Part shown: piece after piece, positions 8,747 through 17,500 of the stretch | Numbering within the stretch: the first letter of the stretch is position 1 | Layout: the number at the start of each line of letters is the position of its first letter | NCBI GenBank assembly: GCA_963809515.1 | Contig: CAWEKA010000020.1 | Location: forward strand, 2,046 to 34,045 | DNA from: an uncultured Actinomycetota bacterium | GTDB taxonomy: Bacteria > Actinomycetota > Actinomycetes > Mycobacteriales > Mycobacteriaceae | DNA: 32,000 nucleotides | Direction: 5' to 3' | Notes under the pieces: generated by a model | Told to the model about the DNA's origin: nothing | The model's database searches: none | The model's input: only the letters and a program-made list of their open reading frames with translations | Position numbers and translations under genes: made by a program

Positions 8747-10003
8747 TCAGGCCCCACTTGACATCGGCACACCCATGCCGGGATCGATCTGCGCGGGTCC
8801 GTTGGCCGAGGGACGGACGTCGATGTCGAAGATCTCTGTAGGGATGTAGACCGTCGAACACGAGTTTGGGATGTCCACGACGCCGGACAGCCTGCCCTCG
8901 ATCGGCGCCGAACCCAGAATCATGTAGGCCTGGATACGGCTGTAGCCGAACTTTTCGAGGTAGTCGATGGCGTGCAGACAGGCCCGCTGGTAGGACAGGT
9001 GCGAGTCCAGATAGTGCTGGACGTCATCGAGCGTCACCGAGGTCCCGGAGAACGCCAGCCACCGGCTGAACTGCGGGTCGGTGGTGCCCGGCATGAAGAT
9101 CGCATTCTCGCCGACGCCGTAGGTCTCCATCCCGCCCTTGATCAGGTCGACGTGCAGGTCGATGAACCCACCCATCTCGATGGCGCCGCAGAACGTGATC
9201 TCGCCGTCTCCCTGCGAGAAGTGCAGGTCGCCCATCGAGAGGTTGGCGCCGTCGACGAAGACCGGGTAGAACACCCTGGTCCCCTTGGTGAAATTCTTGA
9301 TGTCCTGATTGCCGCCGTTCTCCCGCGGGGGGGCGGTGCGGGCGGCCTCGGCGGCAGCCCGCTTGAATTCCGCGCCGGAGAGACTGCCGAGGATCGCGGA
9401 ATCCGGCAGGGGCGGCAGCGCCAGCGGCGGCACCCGGTCCGGATCGGTGTCGATCAGAGCCTGCTCGCGGGCGTTCCACTTCGCGAGTAGGGCGGCCGAG
9501 GGCGCGGTCCCCATCAGCCCCGGGTGCACAATGCCGACATAGGAGACGCCCGGCACGTGGCGCGAGGTCGCGACCCCGCCCTGGAAGTCCCAAATCACCT
9601 TGTAGGCGTCGGGGAATTGCTCGGTGAGGAACCCACCACCGTTCTTGGTAGCGAACACGCCGGTGTAGCCCCAGCCCTGGCCGGCCAGCGGCCCCGAATC
9701 CTCCTGCGGGATCGGGCCGACGTCGAGGATGTCGACGATGAGCAGGTCGCCGGGCTTGGCGCCCTGCACGGCGATCGGCCCGCTGAGTACGTGCACAGAC
9801 GGCAGCGGCGCGTTGAGAACATCATCGGCTGAGTCGTCGTTGTGGATCGCGCCGTCGAACCATTCGCGGCAATGAACGCGGAACGAGTCACCAGGTTTGA
9901 CCTGTACTTGGGCCGGGATGTCCGGATGCCAGCGATTGTGGCCAACTATCTGCTGCTCGGTGAACTTCTTCGTGGAATCGAGTGGAAACACTACCTGCGG
10001 CAT
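8747..10003 (-). CDS. Acetamidase/formamidase-family amidase (FmdA/AmdA family)
   Basis: ATG at 10003-10001 has a GGGAGA RBS, giving 418 aa. 'GHNRWHPDIP', 'SGPIAVQGAKPGDLLIVDILD', 'GWGYTGVF', 'HPGLMGTAPS', 'GGNQDIKN' and 'LSMGDLHFSQGDGEITFCGAIEM' are the blocks I recognise from mycobacterial acetamidase and Methylophilus formamidase. Confidence 0.9.
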   Translation of the reverse strand: MPQVVFPLDSTKKFTEQQIVGHNRWHPDIPAQVQVKPGDSFRVHCREWFDGAIHNDDSADDVLNAPLPSVHVLSGPIAVQGAKPGDLLIVDILDVGPIPQEDSGPLAGQGWGYTGVFATKNGGGFLTEQFPDAYKVIWDFQGGVATSRHVPGVSYVGIVHPGLMGTAPSAALLAKWNAREQALIDTDPDRVPPLALPPLPDSAILGSLSGAEFKRAAAEAARTAPPRENGGNQDIKNFTKGTRVFYPVFVDGANLSMGDLHFSQGDGEITFCGAIEMGGFIDLHVDLIKGGMETYGVGENAIFMPGTTDPQFSRWLAFSGTSVTLDDVQHYLDSHLSYQRACLHAIDYLEKFGYSRIQAYMILGSAPIEGRLSGVVDIPNSCSTVYIPTEIFDIDVRPSANGPAQIDPGMGVPMSSGA

Positions 10004-10051
10004 CAGATCTCCCAACTGCCTAGTGGGCGCTCGACCATGAGTGGTCGCTCG

Positions 10052-10085
10052 AGACACATTATTCCCAAATGGGAATAATGTGTCT
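10052..10085. promoter_or_regulatory. Perfect AT-rich inverted repeat (16-nt arms, 2-nt centre); candidate operator overlapping the amidase promoter
   Basis: AGACACATTATTCCCA-AA-TGGGAATAATGTGTCT lies 49-82 nt upstream of the amidase ATG at 10003. It is AT-rich in a GC-rich genome, and one arm contains a TAATGT (-10-like) hexamer on the - strand. Confidence 0.6.
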
Positions 10086-10422
10086 GAACGTACTCTTTCG
10101 GCGGCGAGCGTCAAGCCCCCATGTCCAACTCGGCCGGTGAATAGACCCGTACTCACACACACTGCTCGGACGCCGTAGCGCACGGGCGAAAGTGCCAGCA
10201 GACTCCTACCCGACCGAGATGCACTCGCCGCCGTCTACGAGCGCGTCGGCGGCACTTCGTAAGGAGTTTCGCGTTTCATCTCGCACCGGTTTACTTCAAG
10301 ATGGCCGTCATCGCACGAGGAATCGACCCATTGGCACCCGCGGAGCCGGGGAGACCGAGGCTAGTGGCGCGTTTGGTGTGGGAAACGCATCGGAGAGGAC
10401 AGTTTCGCGAAACAGGGGCGCG

Positions 10423-11550
10423 TTATCGGACTCGGGCGATGACATCGAGCTGAACGCCGTGCGCTGCCGCGAGGTGCACGGGGTGGCGCGCCGACCCGTG
10501 CTCGAGGTCGACGGGCCCGTGCGGCGAATCCCAACCCCAGCCGTCGAATGCCCGGCGCGCATCCTGGACGGTAGGCACCGAGCTGCTGGCGATGCTGGCG
10601 AGCAATCGCACACCAGAATAAGTGGTTTCGGCCATCGTTCCCGGCGGCGGAGCCACCGACTCACCTATCGGCCCCACGCCGTTGAGCAGGTCGAAGGCAC
10701 GCGCGAAACCCGTGGAGAACTCAACGGCTGACGCGGTCCCGAGGCCGGCGAACCAGCCTGCCGAGATGAACAGATTCGCGGTCGCTTCGGGGCCACTCGC
10801 GATAATCACCGTCTCGTCGGTGAATGGACTGAACCGGGTGACTGTCGCGTCAAGCCCCCTGAGCGCAAAGGCCCGGTTGAACCGGACGGCGTCGGAACCC
10901 ACTAGGAGGGTTATGACGCCTTGCGCGCCACTGTAGACGAGCGCGTCGAGCACCCGTTCCCAGGCGGCAGGACTCTCAGTGCCCAACGGCAGGAAGACCT
11001 CGCCCAGAATTGCAATATCGGTGTAGCGCAGCCCGATTCGGGTTGCCGCGGCAGAGCCTCGCGGCCAGACGTAGTCGTTGCCCACAATAAACCACCGGCG
11101 GAGTCGCTGTTCTGTGCGCAACCATCGCAGCGACGCCACGATCTGATCGCCGGGGACCTCTCCGCTGCACAGCACGCCGTCGGATCGCTCACCGCCTTCG
11201 TATGCGGCCGCATACACGTAGGGCACCCGCCCGCGGACCACCTTGGCGATTGCCTGACGCGCATTCGACAAATGCCACCCGGTGACGGCGTCGATCGCCC
11301 CCGAATTCAGCAGTGCGCCGATGTTGGCGGCTACGGTCGACGGATCACCGCCGGCGTCGACGTGCACAAAGTCCACGGTTCGTCCTGCGACTCCGCCGGA
11401 AGCATCGATCTCGGCTGCGGCCAGCTCGGCCGCTGCCCGGCATTCGAGCCCGAACAGGCCCGCCGGACCGTGGCGCGGGAGTGCAAGAGCCACGCGAAAA
11501 CCGCTTGATCGGGATGTGTCAGGCTCGAATTCCGGCGCGCAATCTGGCAT
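10423..11550 (-). CDS. amiC: AmiC-like cytoplasmic amide-binding sensor (type 1 periplasmic-binding-protein fold, no signal peptide)
   Basis: ATG at 11550-11548, 375 aa. 'DAGGDP', 'AAAYEGGE', 'IVGNDYVWPRGS' and 'LLVGSDAVRFNRAF' parallel Pseudomonas AmiC blocks (GGDP, YEGFE, GSDYIYPRES). There is no N-terminal hydrophobic leader. Confidence 0.75.
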   Translation of the reverse strand: MPDCAPEFEPDTSRSSGFRVALALPRHGPAGLFGLECRAAAELAAAEIDASGGVAGRTVDFVHVDAGGDPSTVAANIGALLNSGAIDAVTGWHLSNARQAIAKVVRGRVPYVYAAAYEGGERSDGVLCSGEVPGDQIVASLRWLRTEQRLRRWFIVGNDYVWPRGSAAATRIGLRYTDIAILGEVFLPLGTESPAAWERVLDALVYSGAQGVITLLVGSDAVRFNRAFALRGLDATVTRFSPFTDETVIIASGPEATANLFISAGWFAGLGTASAVEFSTGFARAFDLLNGVGPIGESVAPPPGTMAETTYSGVRLLASIASSSVPTVQDARRAFDGWGWDSPHGPVDLEHGSARHPVHLAAAHGVQLDVIARVR

Positions 11551-11610
11551 GCTGAGGCTTCCCCAGGGACGGCTTGATGACACGTGGGGACTTGTTGCCG
11601 AAGGCGGTTT

Positions 11611-11982
11611 ATGGAAGAGGTCGAGGACATACTCGCGTTGCTCCGGCGGGCTTCCCTCGTCGGGTCGAGCATCGAGGACGCGCTGGCCGGTACCCAACTC
11701 TCTGTTGATCGCTGGCGCGCGCTCGCCTACATCAGGTCCAGCCCCGGGTGCTCGATGTCCGACGTGGTTGATGCCCTCGTCGTCGCCTCGACGTCCGCAA
11801 CAAGGATCGTTGACTCGCTCGTTGAGATCGGCGCCGTCTTCCGAACGATCTCTCAGCAGGATCGGCGTCGGGCCACCTTGCACTTGTCCTCGCATGGGTT
11901 GGCCCTCCTCGGTGATGTCGAGCCGGCGATAGCGCAGATCTGCAAGAGTATTCCGAGAGATTCCTTTCTACAGATCTCCTGA
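11611..11982 (+). CDS. MarR-family transcriptional regulator
   Basis: Divergent from the AmiC-like gene. 'LSVDRWRALAYIRSSPGCSMSDVVDALVVASTSATRIVDSLVEIGAVFR...DRRRATLHLSSHG' is a MarR winged-helix pattern. The start is ATG 11611, with GTG 11584 as an alternative. Confidence 0.7.
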   Translation: MEEVEDILALLRRASLVGSSIEDALAGTQLSVDRWRALAYIRSSPGCSMSDVVDALVVASTSATRIVDSLVEIGAVFRTISQQDRRRATLHLSSHGLALLGDVEPAIAQICKSIPRDSFLQIS

Positions 11983-12157
11983 CAAATTGTTAACGCTGGA
12001 CCAGCTGTGGTCGCTCGACCAGAAACGCAGGCGAAAGACCAGAGACTCGGGAGATTCACACCTCCTCTTCTCGGCGCCGCGCTTGGCGGCGGCCCCGCGA
12101 AAGCCTGTTACCGGCTAACCCCTGAGCCGTCCCGAAAGATCACCGACGGGGCGATGC

Positions 12158-12448
12158 TCACGGTCTCGGCAGGCGCTGCAAAGCCGGGTTCTGTGTCGCC
12201 ATTGGGCTCCGCGTCCGGCCATGACGTGGCGGCAATGACGTCACCACTTCGGGCTCATCGCTGGTTTTCTCGGTGCGGTCGATCGCGGCCACCAACGCGC
12301 GAGGCGCGAGCGAGAGCATCGGCGCGCGGAAGACCCGCGCTGACTCGTTGTTACACACTGGGCACTGCGACTGCGGCGCTGCCGTGCCCATCGGCAGGCT
12401 CACGTCGAAGACACCATCCTGGACACATCGGTATTGGTATGTGACCAT
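12158..12448 (-). CDS. FmdB-family zinc-ribbon putative regulatory protein
   Basis: ATG at 12448-12446 is preceded by GGAGGA, giving 96 aa. The N-terminal 'MVTYQYRCVQDG...CPVCNNESARVF' is the CxxC...CxxC zinc-ribbon signature (Y.YRC...CP.C) of FmdB-like proteins. Confidence 0.75.
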   Translation of the reverse strand: MVTYQYRCVQDGVFDVSLPMGTAAPQSQCPVCNNESARVFRAPMLSLAPRALVAAIDRTEKTSDEPEVVTSLPPRHGRTRSPMATQNPALQRLPRP

Positions 12449-12845
12449 ACGCAGCTGTCCTCCTACCCGCCTGATCCTTCTTGTGCGCGAGCGCAATAGC
12501 GCAAATGTCGCGAACCGTCCAGCCAGGCGCGAAGTGCCTTGCACCCTCGGCTGAGCATACGCACGAGGACCGCGGCGGTCTAGGCCGCTGGGCGAGGGGA
12601 CGCCGTGGAATCGTGTGGACGCCGAGGCGGCTGTCGTGCATGGCAGCCCGTAGCCGGGGTTCGACGCCGTGCCGGCGGTACTCTTCGCGTCGAACAGACC
12701 GACGGAGAATCCGAATGCTGCAGCGGCGGAGTGCAATAGCGGTTGCAGTGGCGGGGTGGAACCCTTGCGGCAGCGGCGGAATGGACGTGACGCTGTCGCC
12801 GCGTATGCGCCAACGAGGAAACCACGCGCTGAACGTCCAATGGAC

Positions 12846-14552
12846 TCAGTGACCGAGCGCATCCGCTGTTCGGGCCATCCCACGCTCCACAGCCGCGATG
12901 ATGCTCGGGCGCAATTCAGCCGCCGGAATGATCGAGTGGACCGAGCCAACCTGGCGGGCCCGCTCCACGTTATGAACAGCTTCAAACTCCGCTGCCACCT
13001 CGCCGAGCTTGTCCGAACGCACGGCCGTCCGGGTGGCGCCGAGCTTTACCCGCACGCTGGCACTCGCCGCGTCGTCCGTGCACGCGGCAAGTTGTGCCTC
13101 GAGCTCGCGGACGGCCGGGTCTGCTGCGGTACGTGCGTTCACGTCTCGCGTGAACACCACCGCTGCCGCGGGTGCACCACCGATAACCGAGGAAAACGAT
13201 CCCTCGACTGCGAGCACTTCCATGTTCGCGTTCAGCGCATTGGAGAACACCACGAAAGCTCCGCCGTGATAACGCGAGATCACGCAAAACACGATCGGTC
13301 CGTCAAAGTTGACGATGGCTCGGCCGATTTCGGCGCCGTTCTCGAGCTGGATGTTCCGAAGGGACTCGGGTGAACCGTCGAAGCCCGACAGGTTTGCCAG
13401 CACCACGAGGGGTCGGCTTCCGCTTGCGGCGTTGATCGCGCGCGCGGTCTTCTTGGAGGACTGCGGGAACAGAGTGCCCGACGTCCACTGGTCCGGCCCG
13501 TCGGCGGGCACCCACCCCTTACGCGGGATGACCCGCGATTCGATGCCGATGACAGACACCGGAATTCCGGCCATGTGCGCGTCGAACACCACGGAGGTAT
13601 CGGCGTCGGCCATATCGGCCCACCGCTCGAGTACCGGATGATCCTGGTCGACCACCGAACGCATGACCGTCCGAATGTCGAACGGCTTCTTGCGGTCTTT
13701 GTTGGTGCTGTCGGAGAAGATGTCGCCGACGGTCGTGAAGTCGCTGGACGGATGCACGTGCGGAAAGGTGCGGACGTCGCGGTCGACCGGGTCGGAAGTG
13801 TCGGCGCGGCGCGGGAAGCGTTCTCCGGGTGCGACATACGCGTGGTCGTAGTGGACAAACAGTATTTCGCAGGCTGCCTGAAGGTTCGGCGCCCAATACT
13901 GGGCCTGCCCATTGGGTCCCATCACGCGGTCATAGCCGCCGATGCCGAAGTTGTCCTCCGCCGAGACGCCACCGGAGTAATCGAGGGATTGCTTGCCGGT
14001 GAGGACCATCGCGCTGTCGGGCGTCATGACGAGAATGCCCTTGGTGTGCATCAGCATCGTCGCCTCGGCATTCCAATACGGCTGCGCGCCGACGTTGATT
14101 CCGGTGACGATGACGTTGATCTCACCGCCGTTCTGGGTAAAGGTGATGATTCGGCGCAGCGCGCGCGACACCCAGTCCATGTTCTCGGTGCCGCTCTCCA
14201 TCGAAATGGTGGCGCCGGAAGACAACGCGAACCACTCGACCGGTACCGACAGCTTCTCGGCGAGATCGATCGCCGCGACCACCCGAGCGCATTCGGCTTC
14301 GGCCACCGTGCCCAGCGCTTTCGTCGGGTCACCGAACAAGGCGATGCGTGTCATTCCCTCGGGGTAGCGGGTTGTCGGTCGCGACACCATGCCGACGATG
14401 ACGCCGGCGGTGTTGCGTCCATACGGACGGTCGACGGGTACCAGCGTGCCGGACGCGTCGAGGTCATATTCGACGAATGTGCCGTCGTTGCCGGTGAGAA
14501 GTGGGATCAGTTCGTACGGATAGACCAAGCCGCGAGCTTGTGAACGCTGCAC
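12846..14552 (-). CDS. Carboxyltransferase (N+C subdomains) of a eukaryote-type acetyl-CoA carboxylase; possibly the 3' part of one frameshifted gene
   Basis: 568 aa counted from GTG 14552, which has a poor RBS. 'GLVYPYELIPLL', 'RIALFGDPTKALGTVAEAE', 'EWFALSSGATISMESG', 'VTGINVGAQPYWNAEATM' and 'LANLSGFDGSPESLRNIQLENGAEI' are acyl-CoA carboxyltransferase blocks resembling the eukaryotic ACC CT. Confidence 0.8.
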   Translation of the reverse strand: MQRSQARGLVYPYELIPLLTGNDGTFVEYDLDASGTLVPVDRPYGRNTAGVIVGMVSRPTTRYPEGMTRIALFGDPTKALGTVAEAECARVVAAIDLAEKLSVPVEWFALSSGATISMESGTENMDWVSRALRRIITFTQNGGEINVIVTGINVGAQPYWNAEATMLMHTKGILVMTPDSAMVLTGKQSLDYSGGVSAEDNFGIGGYDRVMGPNGQAQYWAPNLQAACEILFVHYDHAYVAPGERFPRRADTSDPVDRDVRTFPHVHPSSDFTTVGDIFSDSTNKDRKKPFDIRTVMRSVVDQDHPVLERWADMADADTSVVFDAHMAGIPVSVIGIESRVIPRKGWVPADGPDQWTSGTLFPQSSKKTARAINAASGSRPLVVLANLSGFDGSPESLRNIQLENGAEIGRAIVNFDGPIVFCVISRYHGGAFVVFSNALNANMEVLAVEGSFSSVIGGAPAAAVVFTRDVNARTAADPAVRELEAQLAACTDDAASASVRVKLGATRTAVRSDKLGEVAAEFEAVHNVERARQVGSVHSIIPAAELRPSIIAAVERGMARTADALGH

Positions 14553-17500
14553 CTTCTGCGCGTACCGTCGAGTGGGCGCAACGGATCGGTCGGCGGCGCC
14601 GTCACATTCGCGACGACGCCGGCGCCCGGCGTGTACGAGAAGCGAATCGCCACTCGCCTCGGCTGCGACGTCTCGTCGTCCTTGACGCTCGCCAGGATCG
14701 TGATCTCCTCCAGCCCGGCATTGAGCGCCAGCGGTGCCATGCGTCGCACGACCGCGGGGGCACGAAGTGCCGGGATGTCGAGCAACGGCCAGACGTAAAG
14801 CGCGACGCGGTTGTTGTCGAGCCGCTTCTTACCCCGCTGGGTCTGCACCCGCCGAATGCCGTCGAGACACGCTGCGAGGGTGCGCTCGATGGCCGGGACC
14901 CCGATCATCTCGCCGGCTTCGTCTAGATGGGGGGTCACATCGCGAACCTCGGCCAGTGCGATGAGGCGCTCATCGGACGGATTCTCGTTGGCCACCACAT
15001 GGAAGAGGTACGTGCCTGCCGCGGCGGGTAAGCGAGTGCCGTTGAAGTTCTTCAGCCGCCACAAATCGAGGCGTTGCCCTGTGAGCGGGTGCATGTCGCG
15101 AATAGCCCGGTCCTCCGCCAGGCCACCCTCTTGCGCCGGACGGAATGTAAACTGACGCAGCTCGCGGCCGACCACCGTTACGGTCACTCGGCGCCAACTG
15201 GTCGCGCTGGGGTGCGCCGCAAGCGCGTCACGCAGCTGAGCAGACAGTTCGTCGCCGTCGGTGGGCGCGTCCGGCCAGCTCAGATAGATGTCGACAACGA
15301 GGTTGTCCACCTTCGGACCGGCGATGGCATCGACGGCGCCGAGCGTTGCCGACAACCGCTCGCGGTCTGCCACAGTCGATACCAGGTGCAGCTGCTCTCC
15401 GGCCAATTCGTAACTGCCGGTGACGAACTGGCAACCCGCCTGTTCGAAGGTCTTGACGTCTTCGAGCGCACGGATCTCGTAGCACTGACGCGTGACGACC
15501 TCCAGCAGTGGGCCGGGATTGGAAATGCGTTGTGCCAGGAGATCGATCAATAGAGCAGGCGTTGCGACAAGCGCATCGATGCGCGCCGCATAGTCCGGCG
15601 CGTCCGGATTGTCGGCGAGGTATTGAAGGGCGTCCCGCACGCTGTCGTGAATCTTCTCGCGCGCCTTATGGATCTGCGGTTCGTCGAACAAGCGGAACCG
15701 TAGGTTACGGGCGATGTCGCCGATAACCGGATAGCGCACCTGCGTCGCAATGATCAGGCGCTCCAGTACCTCACCCACCGCACTGGTAGAAGCGGATGGG
15801 ACCGCGTCGGCGGTGAGCCAGCGCCCGAGCATCGCGGTGATCACAGGGACCTGGTTCTCCATGCGCTGCAATGCGAGGAATAGCCGGTAGACCGCTTCTT
15901 CCAACTCGGGGCCGGGCTCGAGCGTGTCGATGTCGTAATTACCCAGCGCGCGAACGATTTTGGCGCGAAACGCCGGCGGCAGCCCCTCCACCTCGGCGTC
16001 GAGCGAATGCAGGAAAGAATGGAAGTGCTCGCGTGGGCTGTGGACGCGCTCGTCGGTGTCCTCTTCGTCGAGAGTGGGACGGTTGCGGGAAATCTCGCAG
16101 ATATCGGCGAAGGTGTCCAGCAGTCCGAGTTCGGCCTGGACCAGTTCCGGGTCGTCGAGAGGAAGGCTGCCACGAAGGGCGTGATACTCGGCAAGCAGGA
16201 TGCGTGCGCGGTCGGCGCTCACGTCGTAACCGGCAATTTGGGTGCGCAGTTCGCCGAGTCGCCCGAGGGCCTCGGTGCGCGGGTTCGCGTCAGCCTCCCT
16301 TGGCTGCGTACGGAACCGAACTCGCGGCGCAGCTTCGGTTTCCGTCGTTTCAGCGACCTGGTCGAAGCGCAGCAATGCCGCGCCCGCATCGACCTGGTTG
16401 TTGACCGTAGCGAAGATCTCACGAACGCGCCCCGGGGATTGTGCGCGCATCGCGGTTTCCATCTTCATGCTTTCCAGGACGACGAGCGTGGCACCCGCCT
16501 CGACTTCGTCGCCCACGGTCACGGGGATGGCAACAACCACGGCCGGAGCCGCGGCGCGCACGAGGCCCGCTTCGTCCTGGCTGATGCGGTGACTAACGCC
16601 GTCGACCTCGACAAGGAATCCAGTGGGGCCCGCGACGGTGACGATGTGGAAGCGCTGGTCGCCAAAGGAGAGTCGACTTTCGAATTCGCTGAGCCGTTCG
16701 ACGTCGACGACGAGTTCGCCACTGTCACCGTCGATTCGGTAGCTGCGCGGACCGATCTGTCCGACGGTGAGCTTGTAGGCCTGGCCCTGGTAGTTGAGTT
16801 CCACGGTCCGGCCGATGGCGTGCGTGGCGCGCGGTCGACCACCGCGTGCCGAGGCCAGGAAACCGGCACGTTCGAGGCTTTCTTCGGATTCGTACGCGTC
16901 GACCGCGGCGGCGATGAGCGCGATATCGGCCACCGGCGTGGGCCCGGTTGCCATTCCAGCGCCAGTGCGGTCGAGCCAGCCCGTGTCGGCCGAGGCGGAG
17001 ATGACCTCGTCGCGGTCGAGGAGATCGAGAAGGAAGGATTTGTTGGTAGTGCCTCCGTCGATGACGACAGTGGTCTCACGCAGGGCGGTGCGCAGCCGCG
17101 CCATGGCTTCGTTTCGGTCGCGACCCCAGGCGATGATCTTGGCGACCATCGAGTCGTAGTCGGGTGGGATGACGTCACCTTGCGCAATGCCGGTGTCAAC
17201 GCGAGTACCGGAACCGAGCGGGAACTTCAGCAGCCGCACAGTGCCTGGGGCGGGCGCAAATTCGTTGTCGGCGTCCTCGGCGTTGAGCCGGGCCTCGACG
17301 GCGTGGCCGAACTCGGGAGGGCATTCTCCGACGAGAGAACCGCCGCCGGCGACGAAGATCTGCAGCTTGACCAGGTCGATGCCAGTGGTGACTTCGGTGA
17401 TCGGGTGCTCGACCTGCAGCCGGGTGTTGACCTCGAGGAACGTGAAGGATTTCTGATCCGGTTGGTAAAGGTATTCCACGGTGCCGGCGCCGCGGTACCC

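Noticed and set aside
10402-10413. The 12-bp palindrome GTTTCGCGAAAC just after the AmiC-like stop, with nearby GCGTTTC/GAAACGC repeats.
   Set aside because: About 8 perfect 6+6 palindromes are expected by chance in 32 kb, and the half-site repeats are too short to distinguish from background.
10192-10731. A 179-aa + strand ORF, plus the 118-aa - strand ORF at 10308-10664, in and around the gap between the amidase and the AmiC-like gene. I checked these as candidates for the amiD/amiS-type genes that seem to be missing.
   Set aside because: Both overlap the well-supported AmiC-like gene in other frames. They are Arg/Ser/Pro-rich, lack RBSs, and show no zinc-ribbon or membrane-protein character.
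12640-12690. A tRNA-like 'GGTTCGA' T-loop motif (12658-12664) in the 397-nt gap between the CT gene and fmdB.
   Set aside because: The flanking bases do not form a 5-bp T-stem. I could not fold an acceptor, D or anticodon arm around it on either strand.
14552-14575. Programmed -1 ribosomal frameshifting as the explanation for the ACC frame break.
   Set aside because: No slippery heptamer (X XXY YYZ) is present at the junction (c gac ggt acg). I also saw no obvious downstream stem-loop or pseudoknot. An indel or a natural split is more parsimonious.
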